This document shows positions 22,958 to 32,193 of a DNA stretch of 64,000 bases, one piece after another; the stretch's first letter is position 1; the number at the start of each line of letters is the position of its first letter. The stretch comes from Ignavibacteriota bacterium (GTDB lineage: Bacteria > Bacteroidota > Ignavibacteria > UBA10030 > UBA6906), in NCBI GenBank assembly GCA_963801355.1, contig CAWDEM010000004.1:288001-352000 (forward strand), written 5' to 3'. The notes under the pieces are model-generated. The model was given only the letters and a program-made list of their open reading frames with translations, made no database searches and had not been told where the DNA came from. Position numbers and translations under genes: made by a program.

Positions 22958-23647
22958 TTAGAAGTTGTAAGAAAGTGTTAGCCCCTTGGGCGTGTAATTC
23001 AGTGACAGACTCTGGCGAAGGTTCTTGTTGTAACTTGAAATGCCTAAAGGAACAGTAGCAATGTCAATGACACGAATGACCAACAGAACCCAGATCGGAG
23101 TTAGTGCTGATGCTGCATGCGATTCTCCATACTTGGTATTGCGAAGAAGGTCAATTCCGTGAACAACGAACCAGACAGTGCATCCAACTTCAGCTATCAA
23201 GAATGGCACTCCTGCTCCATCTTCAGCATAGAAGTGGCCCCCTCCCGGCAGAAGAAATGAATAGAGTATTCCTGCCCCTATTTCCTTTCGCTGGAACAGA
23301 TACCGATTCATCTGTTCTGGGGTCATATTCTGTATTTCAATTTCAGGTTTGTCCCTGGTGTTACTGGTGTCACTGGTGAGATAGGAACTTGGGCCGTTAT
23401 TAACGGCACTTTTAACGATTTTGGCTATATCGCCCAACAGCACAGTCTTCTCGCTGAACCAGTAGCTCCCGATCTGATCCTGTGATTCATTGACAAATCT
23501 AAATCTTACTCGGTCTGCTGTTAGTTCGAGAACCGCAACATTGCTCCATACATAACCATTGGTCAGGTAAATGTCATCACTGGAGGCAGTTCCAGAAGCA
23601 AATAGGATTAGAACAAGGATGCGAACGAGCAACAATGAAGTCTTCAT
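22958..23647 (-). CDS. Hypothetical exported/membrane protein
   Basis: Signal peptide, SFLLPGGGHFY motif, hydrophobic helices, C-terminal ...LTLSYNF; GAGGGG RBS. Confidence 0.75.
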   Translation of the reverse strand: MKTSLLLVRILVLILFASGTASSDDIYLTNGYVWSNVAVLELTADRVRFRFVNESQDQIGSYWFSEKTVLLGDIAKIVKSAVNNGPSSYLTSDTSNTRDKPEIEIQNMTPEQMNRYLFQRKEIGAGILYSFLLPGGGHFYAEDGAGVPFLIAEVGCTVWFVVHGIDLLRNTKYGESHAASALTPIWVLLVIRVIDIATVPLGISSYNKNLRQSLSLNYTPKGLTLSYNF

Positions 23648-23743
23648 GAGATTCCCCCTCAAGGAGCATTCATGGTAGGATACTACAGAAGATACTCTAC
23701 GGTTGTGGTATAGTCAAACGAAGGAGTTGGTGTCAACACAGGA

Positions 23744-23776
23744 AGAAGGGAACTCTGAAACAAGGAGTTCCCTTCT
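23744..23776 (-). terminator. 12-bp hairpin downstream of the M28 peptidase gene, probable terminator
   Basis: AGAAGGGAACTC / GAGTTCCCTTCT inverted repeat; weak U-tract. Confidence 0.5.
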
Positions 23777-23814
23777 GGTTGGCCCATCGGTCCTGTCGAA
23801 TAGAATACTGAAGC

Positions 23815-25080
23815 TCATCTCAACAACAGCAGCCGCTTCGTTGATACAAAATCTCCCGCTTGCAGTCGATAGAAGTAAACCCCACTCGTGAGATTCCAAG
23901 CATCGAATTTCACCTCATACGACCCCGCGTTCTTCCTCTCATTCACAAGCACGGTCACCTCACGACCGAGGATGTCGTACACGAACAGCTTCACATCACT
24001 GACCTCTGGCAACTGATACCTGATTACTGTCGTAGGGTTGAAGGGATTGGGGTAGTTCTGTTCCAGGAGGAACAGCCCGGGAGTCTGAGGCGAAGATTGC
24101 ACTGCTAGCGGCCCCTTGATGTCCGCCAGCATAGCGATCGATCCCGCCGCCAGCTTTGCCAGATTGTGGAAGTACGAGAGGTTGAAGTACTGGAGTCTGT
24201 CGGATGTCTTGTGGTAGTGTGGGTTGAGCGGGGACTCTTCGCCGAATGAAACGGCACCATAGCCGCGCCTCCAGAACTCCCTGTGATCACTGTTGTAAGC
24301 ACCGGGATTGTGCACTACGGGCTTCAGACCGAGACCATATCGCCGACAGACAAGCGTCAGCGTATCGGCAAGCTTTGACGACTGTCCGATGTCGCTCGCT
24401 TGGATTGCCATCACACTATCGTTCTCACCGTCCCATCCCAGCATGTCAAGGTTTACTACTCCGAGGATCGTATCCCCTTGTGCCGCTGCGGAATCAGCAT
24501 GAGCAGCGCTACCCCAGGCCCCAACTTCTTCTGCATCCCAGAAGGCATAGACCACGCTGTAGGCGGTCTTGTAGCGGGAGACGAGCCGGGCCGTCTCCAG
24601 AAGGGCTGCGCACCCGGAGGCATTGTCATCAGCCCCTGGAGCAATGATGGTATCTGTATGCGAGTCAAAATGGGAGCCAAGGATGTATTTCCGGGAGGGA
24701 AAAAGAGTTCCGCTCTGCTCGGCAAGGACATTAGCTCCTTCCCCCTTAAATGCCCCAAAGAAAAAGAAATATGTGAATTTCTGTCGTTGTGGGCGTAGGC
24801 CGAGGTTCATGAGTTTCTGCATCAAGTATTCTGCCGCCAGAGCATTCGCTGACTTCCGAACATCGCGGGAGTAGATTGTATCGCCCGTCCCTCCGTTTTT
24901 TGAACCCACTTCACCTGACAGGACCCTGACGGTGGCCACCAGAGAGTCGAGGCTTACAGCGTCGATGACTTCCTGGACGGCTGGAAGTTGTGCCTGGGCA
25001 TGAGGTGATGCAACGCAGGCAAGCAGCAGGACTGCGGCGAAGGCAGAGACGGTTTTCATTGAGGCACTGTCCTTCTTCAT
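23815..25080 (-). CDS. Secreted M28 family metallopeptidase with T9SS-type C-terminal sorting domain
   Basis: GSHFDS, PGADDNASG, AEEVG, NLDM, SDH, NPHYH; CTD LEQNYPNPFNPTT...SGVYFYRL...KRLLLLR. Confidence 0.92.
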   Translation of the reverse strand: MKKDSASMKTVSAFAAVLLLACVASPHAQAQLPAVQEVIDAVSLDSLVATVRVLSGEVGSKNGGTGDTIYSRDVRKSANALAAEYLMQKLMNLGLRPQRQKFTYFFFFGAFKGEGANVLAEQSGTLFPSRKYILGSHFDSHTDTIIAPGADDNASGCAALLETARLVSRYKTAYSVVYAFWDAEEVGAWGSAAHADSAAAQGDTILGVVNLDMLGWDGENDSVMAIQASDIGQSSKLADTLTLVCRRYGLGLKPVVHNPGAYNSDHREFWRRGYGAVSFGEESPLNPHYHKTSDRLQYFNLSYFHNLAKLAAGSIAMLADIKGPLAVQSSPQTPGLFLLEQNYPNPFNPTTVIRYQLPEVSDVKLFVYDILGREVTVLVNERKNAGSYEVKFDAWNLTSGVYFYRLQAGDFVSTKRLLLLR

Positions 25081-25176
25081 GTACTCCGGTTTGTGCAGGA
25101 GGCGGTGCTTCGAGCCTTACTACGCGAGCACTGGTCTCCGCAGTTACCGTCTAATCAGGCGCGGACACGGTGTGGG

Positions 25177-27507
25177 CTATTTCAGAATAATGAGCTTCTT
25201 CGATTGGACGAAATCTCCTACCTGGATCTGGTACAAGTACACTCCACTCGCAATATTCGAACCGTCGAACCTCACCTCGTGAACACTCGCATCCCTCCTC
25301 TCGTTCACCAACAAGGTCACTTCGCGTCCAAGCACATCGTATACACTCAACCTGACTGCCGATGCTCGCGGCAACTCGTACTTGATGGTCGTGCTCGGGT
25401 TGAAGGGGTTGGGGTAGTTCTGGTGAAGCATATATACGAATGGCATGTCTGCGATGTTCGTGAAGACACCAGTTACCACGGCAAATCTGATTCTTGTGGT
25501 AGCAGATTTCCTCCAGTTGTCAAAAACACCCACTGTCGCATCGAGTTGAAATTTGACGTCATACGTTTGGGACGTGAGGAGCCCTGGTCGAATACTGCAT
25601 GTAACTCGCTGGGAGTCCCCAGCCGCAACCCAGAATGATGTCGGAAACAGCGACACGGCTGAGTCCGGGCCAACAAAGCCCGGAAGCCTCGTGATCTTCA
25701 CTGAGTCCCCCACGAGACCGAGGTTCCGAACAACGAATATCGTGTCACGAGTAGTCAACGATTGCGGAATCAGTCCCAGAACCAGAACACTCGTACTCAT
25801 TGTCAAATAGGCAGTTGCGACTAATGGTATTGCGTCGCGGAGCATCCAGTAGTCAGGGTCCAGCGCCACGCTGTCGGGCCAATGCGATGCATGAATGGTG
25901 AACCGTTGGTCGGGAGCATTGTTCATAATGGTGACGGTGGTATCCCATCCAGCAGCAAACAGCCTCACGTCAATGGGCATCGTGAAGAATGAAGGGGGCA
26001 GACTCCGCTGCTGCTGGATGATGCGCAGTGGCACAGAATATCCAGGGACGGCTTTTTCTACAGACCACAACGCCAGGTAGTTCGGATACCCCTGCCCATA
26101 GATCCACTCATCGAAGAAGTAGCCGAGCGGCTTGCCGTATAGACTCTCACACACCTGTCTGAAGTCTTCCGTCGTTGCCAGACCGAATCGGAAACGCGGA
26201 TCCTGCGCATACGACTTGACGGCCAGGAAGAAGACCGAATCGCCCATAAGGTGCCTGAGCATATGCAGGGCCATTGCACCTTTTGAGAACACCCGGTTCC
26301 AGTTCCACATAGCGGACGGATTCAATGTATCGGAGAGGAAAGCAGAACCCGATGCCTGCTTTGCCCTAACCCGCTCCTGGTTCATATAGGTCAGAAAGAA
26401 CGAAGTCCCGTAGTGCCTTTCATAGTACAGTGCGCTACCATACACCGCAAATCCTTCATTCAACCATAGATGCCGCCAGCCGGCCAGGCTAATCATATCT
26501 CCAAACCACTGGTGGGCAAGCTCATGTACAACGCAATCCTCTGTGAACAATTGAAGTGATGTCATGGTCTGATGTTCAAACCCTCCGCCGTAGTTGTTTT
26601 CAGCATGTCCATACTTTTCGTTGATGAAAGGGTATTGACCAAACAAGTCCGAAAGGATGCGGATCATTTCAACCGTCTTCGCGAGAAATGTGTCCGCGCC
26701 CGCCAAGTGTTCAGGAAGGACGTAATTCAAAACGGGCATCGAGTCTGTTGGCGTATATCTGAACCAGTTAGTGAACTCAGAATAGTTCGTAATGGCTACT
26801 GAAACGAGATATGTACAAATTGGGTAGCGCTCCGCCCACTGATAAGTGCTCGTGCCGTCTCCGTTGTTGATGACTTTTAGGAGTTTCCCGTTGGAACCTA
26901 CCTTCATGGTGCTGTCGATCGTGACCCATATGTCCACGGAGTCAGCCTTGTCCGAAGGATGGTCCTTGCATGGCCACCAGTATCTTGCACCATATGGTTG
27001 GCTGCAAGACCATATCCAGGGTATACCTCCATGGGTCGAAAAGGTAAAGTAATAGCTGCTTGGATCCGGCAGTCCACGATAATGGACATCGAGGGAGAGC
27101 AGTTCACCCAGCGAATATACTCGGTCGAGGTTCACCGTTACGGTTGACGTCTGTTGTACAAATGATAGGCTTGTGCCCCCTGTCGTTATAGAGTCGACGG
27201 TCATGAAGTTCATCAGGTCGAGCGTCACGGTCTGAAGGCTTGCGGAGTTGCTTATTGCCTTCATTGTCACAACGCCACGGAGGTAATTCGGGGAAGTTGT
27301 GATTGTCAGATCGAGTTTGTAGTACTTCACGTCGATGTTGGGATCGGATGACGGTTGTTGTGTTGCCTCCTGCAACCTTGCATACCGCCGCATCTCACTA
27401 TTCGAGAGTGATTCTCGATATGACGGGGTTGAGAAGGGGGATTGTTGCCCATGCGACAACGAGGTGGCCACAACGAATGTGACCATAATGCATGCGAGTC
27501 TGTTCAT
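25177..27507 (-). CDS. Secreted M1 family aminopeptidase with T9SS-type C-terminal sorting domain
   Basis: WWPCKDHPSDKA, GGFEHQ, HELAHQW...WLNEGFA, CTD HQNYPNPFNPST; AGGAGG RBS before ATG 27507. Confidence 0.92.
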   Translation of the reverse strand: MNRLACIMVTFVVATSLSHGQQSPFSTPSYRESLSNSEMRRYARLQEATQQPSSDPNIDVKYYKLDLTITTSPNYLRGVVTMKAISNSASLQTVTLDLMNFMTVDSITTGGTSLSFVQQTSTVTVNLDRVYSLGELLSLDVHYRGLPDPSSYYFTFSTHGGIPWIWSCSQPYGARYWWPCKDHPSDKADSVDIWVTIDSTMKVGSNGKLLKVINNGDGTSTYQWAERYPICTYLVSVAITNYSEFTNWFRYTPTDSMPVLNYVLPEHLAGADTFLAKTVEMIRILSDLFGQYPFINEKYGHAENNYGGGFEHQTMTSLQLFTEDCVVHELAHQWFGDMISLAGWRHLWLNEGFAVYGSALYYERHYGTSFFLTYMNQERVRAKQASGSAFLSDTLNPSAMWNWNRVFSKGAMALHMLRHLMGDSVFFLAVKSYAQDPRFRFGLATTEDFRQVCESLYGKPLGYFFDEWIYGQGYPNYLALWSVEKAVPGYSVPLRIIQQQRSLPPSFFTMPIDVRLFAAGWDTTVTIMNNAPDQRFTIHASHWPDSVALDPDYWMLRDAIPLVATAYLTMSTSVLVLGLIPQSLTTRDTIFVVRNLGLVGDSVKITRLPGFVGPDSAVSLFPTSFWVAAGDSQRVTCSIRPGLLTSQTYDVKFQLDATVGVFDNWRKSATTRIRFAVVTGVFTNIADMPFVYMLHQNYPNPFNPSTTIKYELPRASAVRLSVYDVLGREVTLLVNERRDASVHEVRFDGSNIASGVYLYQIQVGDFVQSKKLIILK

Positions 27508-27765
27508 TGTCACCTCCTGATGAACTGAAGGGCTAACCCTCTGTAGGCCAGCGGGTCGTCGTGGTGGGCTCTACAACAGGGTCCAGAGCGACGGCTCGAT
27601 GGCGCTTTCACAGTGTCTCAGAGCACAGGTGACTGCAGGGGATGAGATACTTCGGGAATCCGTACGAGAGATGGGAGTGTAAGAGCAGAGGCAAGAATCG
27701 GACTTGCGCCCTCAGGTCTCATACGGCAACCACCCCGTCCACCGCATGGAGACCTATATGGCCTG

Positions 27766-27794
27766 AATATAGTGCCCCCCACCGGCATTGTCAA
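27766..27794 (-). promoter_or_regulatory. Putative sigma70 promoter for the peptidase genes
   Basis: TTGACA-17-TATATT. Confidence 0.65.
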
Positions 27795-27856
27795 TTCCTG
27801 CAATTCTGATTCTCTTGTAGGAATTCAGGAAGTCTTCGTGTAGGAATTTTCCTACA
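27793..27856. promoter_or_regulatory. Operator-like array of TGTAGGAA half-sites including a palindrome
   Basis: TGTAGGAA-TT-TTCCTACA (27839-27856), TGTAGGAATT (27816-27825), inverted AATTCCTGCA (27793-27802). Confidence 0.55.
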
Positions 27857-28061
27857 TCATTTCACCTGGTGCAAAGGGCGTTTGAAGCACCTTCTTGCCC
27901 TCTTTTCATTCCCTCAGAAGCCAACATCACCCAGCCCCCGGGCTTTCCCCAACCCGGCTCCACTTGACCAAAGAACTCTCACTTGGTCGACAGGTCAGAA
28001 TTCGAAGGACAGCAACGCCATTCCTTTGTGGCGCTTGAACAACAATTCCCCTGGCAGGGTT

Positions 28062-28095
28062 GACAAAACAAAAAACCCGGCTGGATGGCCGGGCT
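28062..28095 (-). terminator. Rho-independent terminator with no upstream CDS on that strand
   Basis: GCCCGGC-CATCCA-GCCGGGT followed by TTTTTGTTTTG. Confidence 0.75.
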
Positions 28096-28180
28096 TCATT
28101 ATCAGTGTTTCTGTCTGTCAGTCCTACAGCCGATTGACGGCTTCATGTAGTGTTGACTCAGCGATGAGTGAATGCTTTCC
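28066..28180 (-). ncRNA. Candidate orphan small RNA, about 110 nt
   Basis: TTGTTT-17-TATCAT promoter (28216-28188), internal hairpins, strong terminator, no substantial ORF. Confidence 0.45.
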
Positions 28181-28317
28181 AAAACACATGATAACTAGAC
28201 ACGGCCACAAAAACAACTGATATTATTCCCCCCTTATGTTCTTGCGGCAAACGCCTTCATAGCGCGCAAGATCGTGTTGTGTTGCATTTTAGTGGGGGAA
28301 ATGAGTTCATTGGAAAA

Positions 28318-29283
28318 ATGCCCGGACATCTCATACTCGGCGCGGCCCTCATCGCATGTGTGTGCGGCTTGTGCCCGGAAGTGCACGCGCAAGAACCCAG
28401 GGTCGCCGGTTCGCCGAAGAACAGCCGTCTCGCCTTCATCAGCGACACGCAGACTCCCCTCTGGCTTGAGGCGCTGGTTCTGGGTGGGCACCGGAACGTG
28501 GAGGCGACTGACACCCTACTTGCACATATTCTGAGGACCCGCCCTGCCTCCCTGTTCATGCTGGGAGATCTCGTGTCCTTCGGTGCGTATACCGGATCGT
28601 GGCACACGATGGAGCAGAATATCCTCTCCATGCGCAAAGCCCAAATTCCGGTGCATGCCATCCTCGGCAACCACGAATTGATGATCTACGCCCGCACAGG
28701 CGAGAGTTTCTTTGCAGACATGTTTACCGACCACGTGCGGACCGGCTACTGCGTGAGTGTGGATTCCGTGGCGGTTCTCCTGCTGAATTCGAATTTTGAC
28801 AACCTCGACGAGGCCGAACAACAGCAACAGCTGCAGTGGTATACGCAGACCCTGGATTCACTCGAGCAGGATCCCGGGACGGTCAGCATTGTCGTCTGCT
28901 GCCATCATTCTCCCTTCACGAACAGTACGATTGTTGAGGCATCCGGGCCTGTGCGCCAGATGTTTGTTCCGCCCTACATCCGCACCGCCAAATGCCTCCT
29001 GTTCCTCTCCGGTCATACCCATGCCTTTGAACATTTCAGAGAACAGGGGAAGGACTTCCTGGTCATCGGCGGGGGCGGAGGGAGCCGGCATGTTCTGTTG
29101 ACGGACACCGAGGAGATCTGGAAGGATCGTGCTCCAGATAAGAAACCGCTGTTTCATTATCTCACGGTGGACCGCCGTGGGGCGTCCCTCCACGCCACTG
29201 TGCAGGGGCTGAGGGCGGATTTCCACGACGTTGAAGAGACGTATGTCCTTGATGTTCCTGCATCGCAGCCCATCCCGCACTGA
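28318..29283 (+). CDS. Secreted metallophosphoesterase (calcineurin-like)
   Basis: SDTQ, LGDLV, GNHE, HHSP, SGHTH, GGGGG. Confidence 0.88.
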   Translation: MPGHLILGAALIACVCGLCPEVHAQEPRVAGSPKNSRLAFISDTQTPLWLEALVLGGHRNVEATDTLLAHILRTRPASLFMLGDLVSFGAYTGSWHTMEQNILSMRKAQIPVHAILGNHELMIYARTGESFFADMFTDHVRTGYCVSVDSVAVLLLNSNFDNLDEAEQQQQLQWYTQTLDSLEQDPGTVSIVVCCHHSPFTNSTIVEASGPVRQMFVPPYIRTAKCLLFLSGHTHAFEHFREQGKDFLVIGGGGGSRHVLLTDTEEIWKDRAPDKKPLFHYLTVDRRGASLHATVQGLRADFHDVEETYVLDVPASQPIPH

Positions 29284-29319
29284 GGAACATGGCTGATCAG
29301 ATCGTTGATGACACTGCCG

Positions 29320-29703
29320 CTAGTTCAGTTTCTTCAGCAACTCTTCGAGGAACTGTTTCACATCCAGTACATCTGCCCGCAGCAGCTCATCTTTGATCTT
29401 CGCCCGCTGTTTCGGTGGCTCCATCAGCTCCAGCTGTTCCCCGTTGTCAACTTCCGGAGAGAAATTCTTCAGAACCTGTTTTGCGCCCTCGATGGTATAG
29501 CGTTCGTCGCGGAGGAGTTTCTTGATGTAGAGGATGAGTTTGATGTCGCGGTTGGTGTAGATGCGGTTTCCCGCACGGTTCTTGGCCGGCTTGAGCTGTT
29601 CGAACTCTGATTCCCAGTAGCGCAGAACGTATTGTTCGAGGTCGGTGATTTTGCTGACCTCACTGATAGAGTAGTACAGTTTCTTGATGCCGAGCGATTT
29701 CAT
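29320..29703 (-). CDS. MerR family transcriptional regulator
   Basis: YYSISEVS...VLRYWESEF...GNRIY...YTIEGAK; preceded by its own TTGCAT-17-TATACT promoter (29753-29725). Confidence 0.9.
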   Translation of the reverse strand: MKSLGIKKLYYSISEVSKITDLEQYVLRYWESEFEQLKPAKNRAGNRIYTNRDIKLILYIKKLLRDERYTIEGAKQVLKNFSPEVDNGEQLELMEPPKQRAKIKDELLRADVLDVKQFLEELLKKLN

Positions 29704-29758
29704 AGCGGGTCCAAGGATGTCGGGAGTATATGATTTCCGTGTCAGAGATGCAACGCGC

Positions 29759-30328
29759 TCACCTGTGCTGTCTGGTGCGGGCGATCTGGAGATCAACATC
29801 TTTCAGTTTTTTGAGTTCAGTGTTTGCGGCAAAGAGCTGTTCTTCCAGCTCCAGCGTCCGGCGCTGGTGCTCTGCGATGGCGACGCCCTGCTGTCGGATG
29901 ACATTACGGAGGCTGTCGTTCAGGCGCCATTGCACGTTGAGGTCCTGGCGGAGCTCCTGAAGATGCTGCAATTGGGCGGAGTAATTCTCCGCGTGATACC
30001 GGTCTTCCAGTGGAATCGGGCGGCTGAGTGCGGTCCGGAACCAGAGAAGTGCAAGCGAATCATCGCGGGCGGGGTTGTGCGGATCCACGCGGAGGAGACC
30101 GGCTTTGTATGCCGCTTTGGCACCGGGATCTGACTGGGGATAGCGCGTGGCGATGCTGGTGTACACGTCGGTGGCGCGCCGGAGATCCCCGAGACTTTCG
30201 TACGAGAGCGCGAGGTCAAGAACGCGTTCGGTATCAGGACGTGGAGCGGGTGCAACCGTCGCACGGGAAGCGCACCCGGCAACAGCAAACGCCGACGCCA
30301 TAACCAGGATGTAGTTGCGTGCGTTCAT
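29759..30328 (-). CDS. Lipoprotein with TPR-like helices and C-terminal coiled coil
   Basis: Lipobox VAGC, TPR-like segment, coiled tail ending ELKKLKDVDLQI. Confidence 0.75.
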   Translation of the reverse strand: MNARNYILVMASAFAVAGCASRATVAPAPRPDTERVLDLALSYESLGDLRRATDVYTSIATRYPQSDPGAKAAYKAGLLRVDPHNPARDDSLALLWFRTALSRPIPLEDRYHAENYSAQLQHLQELRQDLNVQWRLNDSLRNVIRQQGVAIAEHQRRTLELEEQLFAANTELKKLKDVDLQIARTRQHR

Positions 30329-30343
30329 ACGCTGACGTCCTTG

Positions 30344-31819
30344 TTAGTTCGGGTGTGGTGCATGGGGGAGGGAGCGCGTGTGTGGTGTGGGGAGCTCCAC
30401 GGTAAACGTGGATCCGACACCAATCGTGCTGGTGGCATAGACTTTGCCGCCGTGGCCGTCCACGATTGCCTTCACGAGTGCAAGACCGACACCCGTCCCC
30501 TTGGTGTCGACGGCGGAAGCACTCTTCCCCTGAAAAAACTTCGTGAACAATTTGGGCAGGTCGTCGGCATCGATGCCAACGCCGGAGTCTTTAACGGCAA
30601 CGCGTGCACCGGTGCCGCAGGGACCGAGCGAGACAGTGATATTGCCGCCTCTGGGTGTGAACTTGACCGCATTGTTCAGGAGATTGCTCACCACCGTGGT
30701 AAACTTGCCGGGATCCACGCTGACAGCAGGCACCGATTGCGCTGCCAGTCCGATCGTAATTTCCTTCGGCGCCGCGGCGATCCGTGCGGTATTGATGATC
30801 GGGGTCAGGAGGGAGAGAAGGTCGACCTGCTGCTTGTTGTATTCCATCACGCCCGCTTCGATCTTGGCAAGGTCCAGAAACTGGTTGCTGAATGTTGACA
30901 TGGCGTCGATGTTGTCACGGATGCTGGTCACCAGATGTTGCTGGCGCTCATTCAGCGGACCCGCAATCTGCTCGGCCAGCATGTAGTAGGCGGCGTGCAT
31001 CGCCTGCAGTGGCGTGCGGAGCTCATGGGAGATCTGCTGCATCATGTCGGCTTTGTATTTGTCGACGTGCTGGAGGCGCTCGCTCATTGCGTTGAACGCC
31101 CGTGCAAGCCGGCCGATCTCGTCGCTGCCATGCACATGGACGGGACGATAATCGCCCCGGGCGATGCGTTCGGTGCCCCTGCGGAGCTGTGAGAGGGGAG
31201 CGGTGACGCCGCGCATCACCCAGTATGCAAACGCAGCGGTCGCCGCAAGCCCGAGCAGGAGCGCACCGAGAGCCACGTCATACCGGCGCGAAGCAGGTTC
31301 ATTGGTCCTTTCCACGGCCGTCGTGGTGGTGGTTGTGCGTGCCTGCTGGTGCACCTGAATCATCTGGTCGATGCGGGCGTGGAGGACGTCCATCGTGTCG
31401 GTGAGCCGGCCCGCAAACGCTGCATGGCCGCCGGGGGCGTCCAGTGAGGCGGCGAGGGATTCATGTGTGCTGCGGAACAGTGTCAGCAACGCCCGCTCAT
31501 CACGTCCGTGCATGCGCTGCTGGAGCGAATCCAGGTATGCACGGGAGATCCGGTGGGTATCACGGCGCAGCCTGGCGTACATGGGGTCCCCCACGGCAAG
31601 ATACTTCCGGGCGTAGCGTTCTTCATCGTCCAGCAGAGGATGGAGTTTCTGCGCCATGCTGATGGTGGCCGGATCTGCAGCTGCACGCGTCGTGACCACC
31701 GGGGCGGCAGGGATGGTGGACCCCTCGGGGGCGCCCAGGAGGAAGGTAAGAGCAACGACCAGGACGGCGACGATTGCGCCGAAGCCCAGCGTCATTTTCC
31801 AGAAAAGTGGGAGTCTCAC
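30344..31819 (-). CDS. HAMP-domain sensor histidine kinase
   Basis: 2 TM, HAMP (DEIGRLARAFNAM), SHELRTPL, NAVKFT, DSGVG, GTGVGL. GTG overlaps the acpS stop. Confidence 0.92.
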   Translation of the reverse strand: MRLPLFWKMTLGFGAIVAVLVVALTFLLGAPEGSTIPAAPVVTTRAAADPATISMAQKLHPLLDDEERYARKYLAVGDPMYARLRRDTHRISRAYLDSLQQRMHGRDERALLTLFRSTHESLAASLDAPGGHAAFAGRLTDTMDVLHARIDQMIQVHQQARTTTTTTAVERTNEPASRRYDVALGALLLGLAATAAFAYWVMRGVTAPLSQLRRGTERIARGDYRPVHVHGSDEIGRLARAFNAMSERLQHVDKYKADMMQQISHELRTPLQAMHAAYYMLAEQIAGPLNERQQHLVTSIRDNIDAMSTFSNQFLDLAKIEAGVMEYNKQQVDLLSLLTPIINTARIAAAPKEITIGLAAQSVPAVSVDPGKFTTVVSNLLNNAVKFTPRGGNITVSLGPCGTGARVAVKDSGVGIDADDLPKLFTKFFQGKSASAVDTKGTGVGLALVKAIVDGHGGKVYATSTIGVGSTFTVELPTPHTRSLPHAPHPN

Positions 31820-32193
31820 GTCGATTGATCTTCGATAAGGGCCATGGCTACCACATATGTTCCGGAATGCGAGAGGGAGAGATGAATGCTCGCGGTTCCG
31901 AAATCTTCGCGCAGGCGACCGTGGAGCAATATTCTTGGCCTGCCGGAAGGATCGTTGGACACTTCGACATCCTTCCACCGGAATTCACCGGCCCACCCTG
32001 TCGCGAGGGCTTTGCTGACAGCTTCTTTTGCCGCGAATCGCGCCGCAAAATGTTGATACGGATTCGCCTTAGCGTTGCAGTAGGCGAATTCCCCTTCCGT
32101 GAAGAGTTTTTCTGTAAAACGGGGTCCCAGCGTCTCAATATCCCGGCGGATGCGGTCAATCTCAATGATGTCGACGCCGATGCCGCGTATCAT
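31816..32193 (-). CDS. acpS: Holo-ACP synthase
   Basis: GIGVDIIEI, RFAAKEAVSKALATG, HLSLSH. Confidence 0.95.
   Translation of the reverse strand: MIRGIGVDIIEIDRIRRDIETLGPRFTEKLFTEGEFAYCNAKANPYQHFAARFAAKEAVSKALATGWAGEFRWKDVEVSNDPSGRPRILLHGRLREDFGTASIHLSLSHSGTYVVAMALIEDQST

Noticed and set aside
27882-28220. 112-aa plus-strand ORF in the large intergenic region
   Set aside because: It has a TTG start, no clear RBS or motif, and overlaps minus-strand promoter and terminator signals.
31318-31336. Poly-Thr run in the HAMP kinase as a phase-variable tract
   Set aside because: It uses mixed in-frame codons and looks like an ordinary low-complexity linker.
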